Virus record (IMG/VR): IMGVR_UViG_2744054895_000002
Coordinates: 1 to 64,000 of that record
From: a virus
Lineage: Duplodnaviria; Caudoviricetes
Reading direction: 5' to 3' (one strand)
Length of the DNA: 64,000 nucleotides
Shown here: one piece after another, positions 9,118-17,695 of the stretch
Position numbering within the stretch: position 1 is the stretch's first letter
How the letters are laid out: every line of letters starts with the position of its first letter
Translations under genes and position numbers: made by a program
The notes under the pieces: generated by a model
What the model was told of the DNA's origin: nothing
What the model saw: only the letters and a program-made list of their open reading frames with translations
The model's database searches: none

Positions 9118-9774
9118 GTGCCCCCGACGCTGATCCCCGAACAGCTCCTGCCGCTCGCCGTCCCCATCGGGGACCTCGCGCCGTACCACCGCAACCCCCG
9201 CACCGGCGACATCCCATCCATCGCCGAGTCGTTGACCGCCAACGGCCAATACCGACCCGTCGTTGTCAACAAGGGCACGCACACCGGCCGCCCCAACGAG
9301 ATCCTGGCAGGCAATCACACCGTCGCCGCCGCCCAGCAGCTCGGCTGGGAACAGATCGCGGCCACCTGGGTCGATGTCGATGACGACGCCGCGGCCCGCA
9401 TAGTCATCGTCGACAACCGGACCAACGACCTCGCCGGATACGACACCGCGCTCCTGGCTGAAGTCCTCTCCGAGATCCCCGACCTCACGGGCACCGGTTA
9501 CGACCGCGAGAGCGTTGACCGGCTGCTTGACGACACCTCGCTCCCCGAGTCGCTGGAACTCACCTCCGACGGCGCGGGGACCGGCGCCGTCGCCGCAGTC
9601 GACTTCCTCCAGTGGGGCTACCTCCAGTGGGAGTCCAAGCGCGTACGGATCACTTCCGAAGAGGTCGAAGCCCTCAACGCCATCTACACCAAGTTCGTCG
9701 ACGACACCAACAGCGACCTCGGCTTCGGCTGGCACGTGCTCCAGCAGGCGTACCAGGAGGGCGAACTCGCATGA
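9118..9774 (+). CDS. ParB/Srx N-terminal-domain protein
   Basis: PYHRNPR, GQYRPVVVN, ILAGNHT, IVDNRTND motifs; GTG after AAAGGA. Confidence 0.8.
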   Translation: MPPTLIPEQLLPLAVPIGDLAPYHRNPRTGDIPSIAESLTANGQYRPVVVNKGTHTGRPNEILAGNHTVAAAQQLGWEQIAATWVDVDDDAAARIVIVDNRTNDLAGYDTALLAEVLSEIPDLTGTGYDRESVDRLLDDTSLPESLELTSDGAGTGAVAAVDFLQWGYLQWESKRVRITSEEVEALNAIYTKFVDDTNSDLGFGWHVLQQAYQEGELA

Positions 9775-11216
9775 GCGGCGCACCCACCACAACGTTCCAC
9801 GAGGCATACCCGCTCGACCAACTGCGCCCCGCCGACTACAACCCGCGCCGCCTCAGCGAGACGGCATTCGTCCGGCTACAGGCATCGCTGCGCCGTCATG
9901 GCGTCGTCAAACCGGTCATCCTCAACGCTGATGGCACATTGGTCGCAGGGCACCAGCGGACCAAGGGCCTCAAGGCCATCGGCCTGACCCACACCCCCGC
10001 GGTCATGCTCGGCACGAAGGTCCGTCTCCAGGACGAGATCCAGTTCAACCTGCTCCACAACCGGGTCGAGACCGAGGCCAGTATCGTCTACGCGGAACCC
10101 GGTGAGATCGGCTCCTGGTCCTGGATCCCTTGGCAGTCCATCCGCGTCGCCGAACGCAAGAACCTCTCCTTCGTCAACGCCATCGCCCACATGACCGCCG
10201 GCCACGGCCCCTGGGGCAGCGTCGTCATCGACGACCAAGGCCGCATCGTCCTCAACGCCGAATACGCCGTCGTCGCCTCGATCTCGCGTTTCAACCTCCT
10301 CGCCTGGACCGTGCCCTCAGCCGACGCCGCTCAGCTCCACGCCGACCTCACCGGCGAATATGGCGTATACGACTGGACCGCCATCGAGGGCAAGGCCCCT
10401 GTGTGGAACCAGCACATCGTCCAGCCCAAGCGACTCCGGCAGTTCTCCTCCAAGGCCAAGGCGGGGAAGCTCGCCTACGGCTCCGAAACCTGGGACCAAC
10501 TCGTCACCCCCTGGCTCAAGCCCACACACCGCGTCGTGGACTTCGGCGCCGGATACGGCGACTACGCAAAGCACCTGCGCGCCAAGGGCTTCAACATCCG
10601 CGATTACGAGCCCTATCGCTGTCGGGACGGCTCGTACGCCGTAGACATCCGTGCCGTGGTCGGCATGATCCGCGACATCGACAAGGACATTCAGGCTCAC
10701 GGCCTCTACGACGTTGTCGTACTGGACTCCGTCATCAATGCCACGACCTCCCTCGACTACCAGCACTGGGTAATGACCACCGTCAACGCCCTGTGCGCGG
10801 CCGACGGCGTGGTGTGCCTCGGCACGCGCAACCTCGCTCGCGAACTCCGCGACGAACAAGCCAAGCGCGTCACCTCAAAGACGGCAACTACGAAGATGAG
10901 CTTCCTCGATGAGGACAACGTCGAGATGAACTTCGTCAAGGGGAAGTGGCAGAAACTCCGATTCCACACGCCCGAGACGCTGGAGCCGCTACTCCGCCGC
11001 TACTTCAAGGACGTGCAGGTCAGCGACCTCAGCGGGTCCAACCTGAAGGCTACTTGCCGCCACCCCATCGCCCTTCCCAAGGAGGAATACGAGAAGGCAT
11101 TTGAGGAGGAATTCAACATGCCTTACCCGAATGGCTTCCGCCATGACAGGCATCTGGAATTGGTTGGAAATTTGATAAAATTGACATTAGGGAGAAATGA
11201 ATCTCTCTCCAGTTAA
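9771..11216 (+). CDS. ParB/Srx domain fused to a class I SAM-dependent methyltransferase
   Basis: PADYNPR..LVAGHQR at N-terminus; VVDFGAGYG and YDVVVLDSVIN in C-terminal half; ATGA coupling to the upstream gene. Confidence 0.8.
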   Translation: MSGAPTTTFHEAYPLDQLRPADYNPRRLSETAFVRLQASLRRHGVVKPVILNADGTLVAGHQRTKGLKAIGLTHTPAVMLGTKVRLQDEIQFNLLHNRVETEASIVYAEPGEIGSWSWIPWQSIRVAERKNLSFVNAIAHMTAGHGPWGSVVIDDQGRIVLNAEYAVVASISRFNLLAWTVPSADAAQLHADLTGEYGVYDWTAIEGKAPVWNQHIVQPKRLRQFSSKAKAGKLAYGSETWDQLVTPWLKPTHRVVDFGAGYGDYAKHLRAKGFNIRDYEPYRCRDGSYAVDIRAVVGMIRDIDKDIQAHGLYDVVVLDSVINATTSLDYQHWVMTTVNALCAADGVVCLGTRNLARELRDEQAKRVTSKTATTKMSFLDEDNVEMNFVKGKWQKLRFHTPETLEPLLRRYFKDVQVSDLSGSNLKATCRHPIALPKEEYEKAFEEEFNMPYPNGFRHDRHLELVGNLIKLTLGRNESLSS

Positions 11217-11236
11217 GCAACTCAATTGGGGAGCGC

Positions 11237-11749
11237 ATGGCGCAGCGAATACGGATCGAAATTGAATCGCGAAGTCGATACCACATCATGTGGCTGGCAG
11301 GCGTGCGGCACGTCGCACTCGATCAGCACTGCCTGCGCAGCTTCGGTCAGCCCGACCGTCCGCGGGTGGACGTGCGCCACCGGCACCAGACCATCGAACT
11401 GCCGCAGTACAATCCGCCGCTGGCCTGGTACCTGTGCGCTCTGCCCAACCCCTGGAACTGGAGTCAGAACGCCCACCTGGCCTTCGAAGGCGCCCCCGGA
11501 GAACAGTGGACCGGACCCGCCCTCGTGCCGGGTCTGTTTGTGCACCTGGACAACGCGCGTCCGATCACAGGATGGGGCGAGCACACCATCCCGGCGAGCG
11601 AACCACGCCGGAAGTCCTACCGCTTCCGAACCTGCCGGAACTACCAGTTCGCCTGGTGGCTACGCACCGAGCGCAACGCACCGGACGCCCCGCCCGAGTC
11701 CGTATTACGGAAGAGGACTGGCGAGGGTGAACAGATGTCCTTGCTGTAG
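11237..11749 (+). CDS. Hypothetical protein, third gene of the ParB-MTase operon
   Basis: ATG after GGGGAG; Trp/Cys/His-rich. Confidence 0.7.
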   Translation: MAQRIRIEIESRSRYHIMWLAGVRHVALDQHCLRSFGQPDRPRVDVRHRHQTIELPQYNPPLAWYLCALPNPWNWSQNAHLAFEGAPGEQWTGPALVPGLFVHLDNARPITGWGEHTIPASEPRRKSYRFRTCRNYQFAWWLRTERNAPDAPPESVLRKRTGEGEQMSLL

Positions 11750-11755
11750 GTGTCA

Positions 11756-11786
11756 CCGGGGTCGGTGACCTGACCGCCGACCCCGG
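11756..11786. terminator. Stem-loop between convergent genes
   Basis: CCGGGGTCGG / CCGACCCCGG inverted repeat. Confidence 0.6.
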
Positions 11787-11797
11787 ACACGCCCTAC

Positions 11798-12028
11798 CTA
11801 TTCTGTGCGGCGGTTCTCTGTCGAGGGGAGTGTGCTGTCGTCAGTCAGCAGCCGGAGGACGCTATGCCTGATTCGGGCACGAATGCGGCGCCGAAATTGG
11901 CGGATAAGCGTCCCGACCTTTGTGCGGGAGATGCGAAAAACTCTGGTCCACCACCAGATAGCCGGAACGACCAAGACCAAGAGGATCAAGGCTACGACAA
12001 ACCGCATGACTTCCGTGTGGGAAAACAT
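11798..12028 (-). CDS. Small single-pass membrane protein with basic tail
   Basis: ATG after AGGCAGGAG; FVVALILLVLVVPAIWWW followed by an Arg-rich segment. Confidence 0.55.
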   Translation of the reverse strand: MFSHTEVMRFVVALILLVLVVPAIWWWTRVFRISRTKVGTLIRQFRRRIRARIRHSVLRLLTDDSTLPSTENRRTE

Positions 12029-12071
12029 GGCTCCTGCCTGGTTGAGAGGGCGTTCACCTGCCCTCGTCGAC

Positions 12072-12665
12072 TCAGGCAGTAAGAACACCGAAAGCTGATG
12101 TGGTCCGAGACGCGATGAGAGATCCCGGTGCGCGGGGAACCAGGGGAGCAGCGAATCGAATCACGCCACACGGTGACATGGCGTGGCGGGGTGGCGGAGC
12201 AGCAGTATCGAAGTTTCGAACTCCGAGGAGAAGGTCAAGAGCTCGCAGCAGTCGCAGAACCGGACGCTCAATTGCCTGGAGCAGGCGCCCAAGAACCTCG
12301 ACAAGATCCGACGCACCCAGGCCCAGTCTCCGCTGGATGGCGCCCAGGTTGCTATCACCCAAGATCAGCGACGAGGTGATTGCGGGGAGCGAGTTGTCCT
12401 TTTCCGAAGTCGACAGTAGATCGACAGAGTTACCTAGTCCGGCCAACTTCTCCTGGAACCCGCGGACCTGCTTCTGCGCATCGTGAAGAGCCGCCAACTG
12501 CCTGAACATGGCACTTGCTGTGCCACGGATAGGCGCTACGACTAGGAAGCGGTTGCACCGGCCCCGTCGGCTAAACAGTTCTGCGACCGCCAGACTTGCA
12601 TGAGTCTTGCCTGCCCCTAGAGGCGTTTCGATCACCAACGGGCTGTCGAGCCGGTATAGGTCCAT
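12072..12665 (-). CDS. Truncated SF2 helicase-like protein resembling the N-terminal part of the Cas3 helicase domain
   Basis: LVIETPLGAGKTHASLAVAE (motif I) and FLVVAPIRGTASAMF (motif Ia); no DExH or later motifs; start uncertain. Confidence 0.55.
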   Translation of the reverse strand: MDLYRLDSPLVIETPLGAGKTHASLAVAELFSRRGRCNRFLVVAPIRGTASAMFRQLAALHDAQKQVRGFQEKLAGLGNSVDLLSTSEKDNSLPAITSSLILGDSNLGAIQRRLGLGASDLVEVLGRLLQAIERPVLRLLRALDLLLGVRNFDTAAPPPRHAMSPCGVIRFAAPLVPRAPGSLIASRTTSAFGVLTA

Positions 12666-12877
12666 GCCGTGGGACACAGAGGCAGTCTGCAGCACGAGTT
12701 CGCGGCTCGGCTTTCGAACTCCCTCATGGTCCACGCCTGGAAGGATAGACGTTCCCACGGGGCAAGGTTGGACGATCGACCTACTCGTGCCGGGAGGCGC
12801 GGCTGCGGACTGCCGACACCATGCGCAATCATAAGCATGGGCGTGGGGGCGCACCCGAGCTGTGAAGGACTCCCGCC

Positions 12878-13414
12878 GTGGGACGCCCCGACAAGGCCGC
12901 GCGTGCGGCCATCGCGCGCCGCCGCTCGGACGCCATCGACCTACGCCTCGCCGGCGTGGACTGGCTGACGATCGCCCGCAAGCTCGCCGCCGACCCAACC
13001 GCCAACTCCGACGGCATCGCCTACCCCCAGGGGTACGGCATAGAGCGGTACCGCAAGAACCAGGCTCCGCCCGCCGACGAGGCGCTGATCCACGCCGCCT
13101 GCCGAGACGTTCGCACCGCGCTCGCCGACCGCCGCGCCGAGCTGAACGACGATGTGGACGAGCTGCGTGCGCTGGAGGCCGACCGTCTCGACCGGCTCTT
13201 TTTCGTCGCCTACAAGAAGGCCGTCCGCGACCAAGACCTGGCCGCCATCGACCGGACCCTCCGCATCATGGAGCGTCGCGCACGCCTTCTCGGCCTCGAC
13301 ATGCCCGTCCGCACGGAGCTGTCGGGCCCGGACGGCGGAGCAGTCCAGATCGAAAGCGCGACTACCGACGAACTCGACGCCTTGATCACGCTCACCGATC
13401 CGGACGCCGAATGA
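12878..13414 (+). CDS. terS: Terminase small subunit
   Basis: N-terminal HTH, RRARLLGLD and ELSGPDGGAVQ motifs; overlaps terL start. Confidence 0.8.
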   Translation: MGRPDKAARAAIARRRSDAIDLRLAGVDWLTIARKLAADPTANSDGIAYPQGYGIERYRKNQAPPADEALIHAACRDVRTALADRRAELNDDVDELRALEADRLDRLFFVAYKKAVRDQDLAAIDRTLRIMERRARLLGLDMPVRTELSGPDGGAVQIESATTDELDALITLTDPDAE

Positions 13415-14949
13415 GGACGCGCGACCAAGCGAGCGTCATCACCCGCTACAGGACGCTCCCAACCGCTCAGCGCCGAGCCATCGCCCGGGCCGCGTCCCCC
13501 ACACTGCGCGCCGAGCTTGCCCGAGCCGAACGCCAACTGGCCATGGACCGCTCTCCAGGTGCGCTGGCCGCCGTCCTCACCGGAGGGCGGGAGATGCAGG
13601 CGCCGCACCTGGATCTCATCGACCAGGCATTCATAGACATGGCCGAAGGCCGATGCGACCGAGTCATGCTCACCATGCCTCCGCGGCACGGCAAGAGCCG
13701 ACGCGCCTCCCGCTGGGCCCCGCTCTGGTACCTCCGGCGCAACCCCGGGCACCGCATGATGATCGCCAGTTACTCCGCCGACTTGGCCGACGACCATGGT
13801 CGGTGGATCAGGGATGCCATCTACACATGGGGCGACGACCTCGGTATCCAGCTCAAGACCGGCTCGCAGGCGGCCAACCGGTTCGACATCGTTGGGGGCG
13901 AAGGCGGTCTGCTCGCAGCCGGCATCGGCGGTGGCCTCACCGGGCGCGGCGCCCACATCGCGATCGTGGATGACCCGGTCAAGGACATGGCCGACGCGGA
14001 CTCACCCACCATGCGCAAACGGGCCTGGGACTGGTGGACCTCCGTACTGCAGACCCGACTCGAACCGACCGGCGCCATCTGCCTGATCCAAACTCGGTGG
14101 CACGAAGACGACCTCGCCGGGCGCATCCTCGCCACCGAACGGGACGCCTGGCGCGTCATCGACCTGCCGGCTCTGGCCGACAGCCCCGACGACCCACTCG
14201 GCCGGGCACCAGGTGAGCCGCTGTGGCCAGAACGATTCGACGCTGCCCACCACGCCCGAACCCGCAGGCGAGTCGGCGAGCGAGTATGGGGCGCCCTCTA
14301 CATGCAGAAGCCACGCCCGCCCGAGGGCGGAGTGTGGAAGCGCGAGTGGATCGACACCGCCAGGATCAACGCCGTCCAGTTCTCCGGCCTCGACATGGCG
14401 CGCATCGTAGTGGCTGTGGATCCCGCTGGCGGAGAGTCCACGGTTGGCGACGAGACAGGCGTCATCGGAGTCGGCCGGGACTTCGGTCGACAGCTCTACG
14501 TCCTCGCCGACCGGTCTGGCTCCATGGGCGCCAACGACTGGGGCTTGGCCGCGTGCCGCCTCGCGCTGGCACTCAAGGCGGACGCGATCGTGGTCGAGAA
14601 GAACTACGGCGGAGACATGGCCAGACAGGTGGTCACCCAGGCATGGGAGCAGCTACGTCGCGAAGGAGCGACCAAGGGCCTGCTCATGCCGATGATCCTG
14701 GAAGTCACCGCCAAGGTCGGCAAACGCCTGCGCGCCGCTCCCGTAGCCCAGCTCTACGAACAGCAGCTCGTCCACCACGTCGGCGAGTACCCCGAGCTGG
14801 AAGACCAGATGGTCACCTGGGTCGAAGGCATGGACAGCCCGGATCGCATGGACGCCGCGGTGCATGGTCTGACAGAGCTGGCCGACCCCGACCAGCTCGA
14901 CACCCTGCCCAGTGACATCGACGACGACCGCTTCGACGGCCGCCGATGA
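13411..14949 (+). CDS. terL: Terminase large subunit
   Basis: Walker A MPPRHGKS, GGGLTGRG, Walker B IVDDP, QTRWHEDD, nuclease VAVDPA and DRMDA; ATGA coupling. Confidence 0.95.
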   Translation: MRTRDQASVITRYRTLPTAQRRAIARAASPTLRAELARAERQLAMDRSPGALAAVLTGGREMQAPHLDLIDQAFIDMAEGRCDRVMLTMPPRHGKSRRASRWAPLWYLRRNPGHRMMIASYSADLADDHGRWIRDAIYTWGDDLGIQLKTGSQAANRFDIVGGEGGLLAAGIGGGLTGRGAHIAIVDDPVKDMADADSPTMRKRAWDWWTSVLQTRLEPTGAICLIQTRWHEDDLAGRILATERDAWRVIDLPALADSPDDPLGRAPGEPLWPERFDAAHHARTRRRVGERVWGALYMQKPRPPEGGVWKREWIDTARINAVQFSGLDMARIVVAVDPAGGESTVGDETGVIGVGRDFGRQLYVLADRSGSMGANDWGLAACRLALALKADAIVVEKNYGGDMARQVVTQAWEQLRREGATKGLLMPMILEVTAKVGKRLRAAPVAQLYEQQLVHHVGEYPELEDQMVTWVEGMDSPDRMDAAVHGLTELADPDQLDTLPSDIDDDRFDGRR

Positions 14950-14954
14950 CTCTC

Positions 14955-15899
14955 TCACTCCATCTCGGAGAATATTTTCGAGACAGGTAGATAGCAATGG
15001 CCCGTCCGGCTGGCGTGCTTCCTCTTGTGGGCGATCAGGTCGTCTAGCCGCATGCGTCGTTCGAGCACAGCCATGAAGTCGTTACCATCCATCGTGATGA
15101 ACGGAGTGCTGTAGCTGTACACCTCCAGCGCGTCGGAGGTGAAACCGCTCATGCTGATGTATAGGCCGAGGGTGTTTTTCCCTTTGCGCTCGATGTTGGC
15201 CTTAAAGACGTCCAGCAGTGGCCGACCAATGGCTTTCTTCCACCACTTGGCCTCCAGTACATAGTGATCGGTATCGAACATGAAAGCGCCGTCGATCTGC
15301 TCATGCTCCAGGATGTATGCCGCCTGGGGCTCCAGGTCATAGAGACCGAACAGCTTGTTGATGAAACCTTCGAAGTCGGTACCGCGTTTGTGGGCGTCGG
15401 TAGCCGCGTGCATCTCGAAGAAGCGTTGCTTCAAGGCTTCATGGTCGCTGCTGAATAGTTGAGCCTCCTTGGCCCTCTCAAGGTTCTCTGCCATGGTGGC
15501 GGCGTGTGCTTCCTGCTCTTGGACGACCTCGCGTTGCTTCTCCGTCCAGTGCTTCAATCCTTCAACTGCAGCTTCAGCTCGGGCGACCATGCCCACCCGA
15601 TCTTCTTGCTGTTCGAGGTTCGGGAACTTCTTCATGTCGGCAATGTCGAGCATCAGGCGGATAGTCAAGTCGCGGTAGCGGGCTTCATTTGCTCGCAGGA
15701 GGTCGACCAGATGGCCGGAAGTCTCGCGCTTCGTCATCCCGAAGTCGAGCCGCGCCAATAGCTCGCTGTGGTCCTGCAACATCCCTCGGAGGTACCGCTG
15801 AAAGGGCGGTTTATTCCAGAAGATGACCGTCAACGCGTCGGCCAGGGCGATGTAGGCACTCGGGTTGATCGTCTTACTACGGGCGTTGGATTGTGGCAT
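14955..15899 (-). CDS. Mrr-like PD-(D/E)xK restriction endonuclease (moron)
   Basis: RGTDFEGFI..EQIDGAF..VLEAKWW..GLYISMSGFT pattern; antisense to structural genes; ATG after GGAGG. Confidence 0.8.
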   Translation of the reverse strand: MPQSNARSKTINPSAYIALADALTVIFWNKPPFQRYLRGMLQDHSELLARLDFGMTKRETSGHLVDLLRANEARYRDLTIRLMLDIADMKKFPNLEQQEDRVGMVARAEAAVEGLKHWTEKQREVVQEQEAHAATMAENLERAKEAQLFSSDHEALKQRFFEMHAATDAHKRGTDFEGFINKLFGLYDLEPQAAYILEHEQIDGAFMFDTDHYVLEAKWWKKAIGRPLLDVFKANIERKGKNTLGLYISMSGFTSDALEVYSYSTPFITMDGNDFMAVLERRMRLDDLIAHKRKHASRTGHCYLPVSKIFSEME

Positions 15900-16169
15900 C
15901 GTCCCCCACCTCCGCTGACCTTCATGCACACACAGTCGTGATCTCAACACGATAGCGTGATGTTGCCCGTTGGGGTGCATCTGCACACGTCTTGATCCCC
16001 CCCCACCACCTCGTGTGGCGAGGGTTCCCGCCGACCGCGTTGCCGCCGATCAGAGCTCAGTCATGGGCAGTCGGTGGCCCAAGCCCATGTCTGTTCAGCC
16101 CGAAAACGGCCCCAAGAGAAAACGGTCTTGGCTCCTCGGTAGCCTCCGCCTGCTGCTAGCCTCGCAGCC

Positions 16170-16556
16170 ATGGGGAGCAGGGGGAGTTGGGCAGGAATCC
16201 TGTGCACCGCAGCACTCGCGGCCACATGCCTCATGGGCTGTTCCTCCGGGATCAAAGAGCCGACGACAGCCGACCAGCGGGCCGGGCATCTAGAGCGCGT
16301 GCGCGAGACATACCGGCTCGGGCGCAGCGAGGCGCTGGCCTTACAGCGGCAGAAGATCGCCAACGGCACGGCGCCGGCCTACTCCAGCCCGAACGAGCAG
16401 GAGTGCGCCGACCGGTGGGACCAACTCGGCGAGCGCCAGCAGAGTGCAGGCGACCGCGGGGGCTTCTTGTCCGCGTGCTCCTCTTTCCCCGCGCCGGGAC
16501 TGCCCGGATACGACGAGGCAGTGGCCGAGGCCAGGGGAAGCGCGCCGACGCCGTAA
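16170..16556 (+). CDS. Putative lipoprotein
   Basis: Signal-like N-terminus ending LMG-C lipobox; two further Cys in the mature part. Confidence 0.6.
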   Translation: MGSRGSWAGILCTAALAATCLMGCSSGIKEPTTADQRAGHLERVRETYRLGRSEALALQRQKIANGTAPAYSSPNEQECADRWDQLGERQQSAGDRGGFLSACSSFPAPGLPGYDEAVAEARGSAPTP

Positions 16557-16750
16557 TCTGCTCTTGGGGCGCGGGCTGACTCTCTGGGTACGGGGTCAGC
16601 AACATCGTCAACGACCCCCTCGGCGGCTGCCAGCCATCGCCTCACATGCTGCCTCTCAAGACGGTTGCGTAAGGGAAATTCCCCGGCAATGTCTGTCCAA
16701 CACTGCGATCCTCGTAGCCGATGTGCCGTCATTCCAGGGAGAGAGCAGCC

Positions 16751-17653
16751 GTGTTCGATGAGGAACAGCTCAAAGGCGACGGGCTGAACCATAGCTTCTG
16801 TGCGATGCAGGCTTACCTTGGCGCGGAGACTGACCTGTTCAGTTTGCATGCAGGCATATCTGCTGAGCGGCTCGCCAAAGCATGCCTCGTGCGCCGCAGC
16901 CCTGCTCTTCTTGTGGAGCTGCAGTCCAACGCGTTCAACTCGCTCGCCACCCTTCTAGGGATAGCCGTCGTGGAGCCTCCAGGGCGGCGGGCCAAGATGA
17001 GAACGGTCGGCTTGCAAGTGGCGTTTGCCCGTCTCCAAGCTCTCGGCGTGCAAATCGATGTCTCTAAAGAGGGGTTGGAAAACTTCATTGAGGCGCGCAA
17101 CTGGGCAACCCATGGTGGTCCTGGATCCTTCGACCTCGAAGAGACCGCAGCGGACTTCGTGAAAATCGTTGACTCCCTGCTCGATGATCTGCACTTTGAT
17201 CGCTACTCCTTCTGGAACGTCCATCTAGCTCAAGCAGACCGACTTAAAGATGGCGCGGAACAGCGGCACCGGGAGCGCGTTCGAAAACTCCTGTCGGAGG
17301 CTGCTGCACGGTTTGAATCACTGAGTGAAACTGAGCGCGATAACTTGCAGACCAGGGCTGCGCTCCTCATGTTCGCGGAGCCCAATCACGTTAGGTTCGA
17401 TTGCCCTTCTTGTGGAAATCCGGGTGTGCTCTCGGGCGAATATGGAAGTCTGCGTCCTCTGACAGACGAGAGTGAAGATGGAATCCAGTGGGCAATGCTG
17501 GAAGTGGAGGAATTTGAATGCTATTGCTGTGGGCTACGTTTAAACGGCAGGTCGGACATATATGCGGGTAACGTCCCCCCGACAGTGACCGTGCCTCATA
17601 ACGAGGCCATGGCGCAGGTGTACAGATCAGACTCGGAGATCGAGAACTCGTAG
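16751..17653 (+). CDS. HEPN-motif protein with C-terminal Zn ribbon (moron)
   Basis: Rx4H motif RNWATH; CPSC..CYCC; AT-richer codon usage. Confidence 0.6.
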   Translation: MFDEEQLKGDGLNHSFCAMQAYLGAETDLFSLHAGISAERLAKACLVRRSPALLVELQSNAFNSLATLLGIAVVEPPGRRAKMRTVGLQVAFARLQALGVQIDVSKEGLENFIEARNWATHGGPGSFDLEETAADFVKIVDSLLDDLHFDRYSFWNVHLAQADRLKDGAEQRHRERVRKLLSEAAARFESLSETERDNLQTRAALLMFAEPNHVRFDCPSCGNPGVLSGEYGSLRPLTDESEDGIQWAMLEVEEFECYCCGLRLNGRSDIYAGNVPPTVTVPHNEAMAQVYRSDSEIENS

Positions 17654-17695
17654 ACTGACTGTGATGCGGCGCGGGGTCGTTTGCCTGGAGGGGCT

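Noticed and set aside
12862-13410. N-terminal extension of the 695-aa terminase ORF
   Set aside because: It overlaps terS in another frame and is Arg/Pro-rich shadow sequence; ATG 13411 is coupled to the terS stop.
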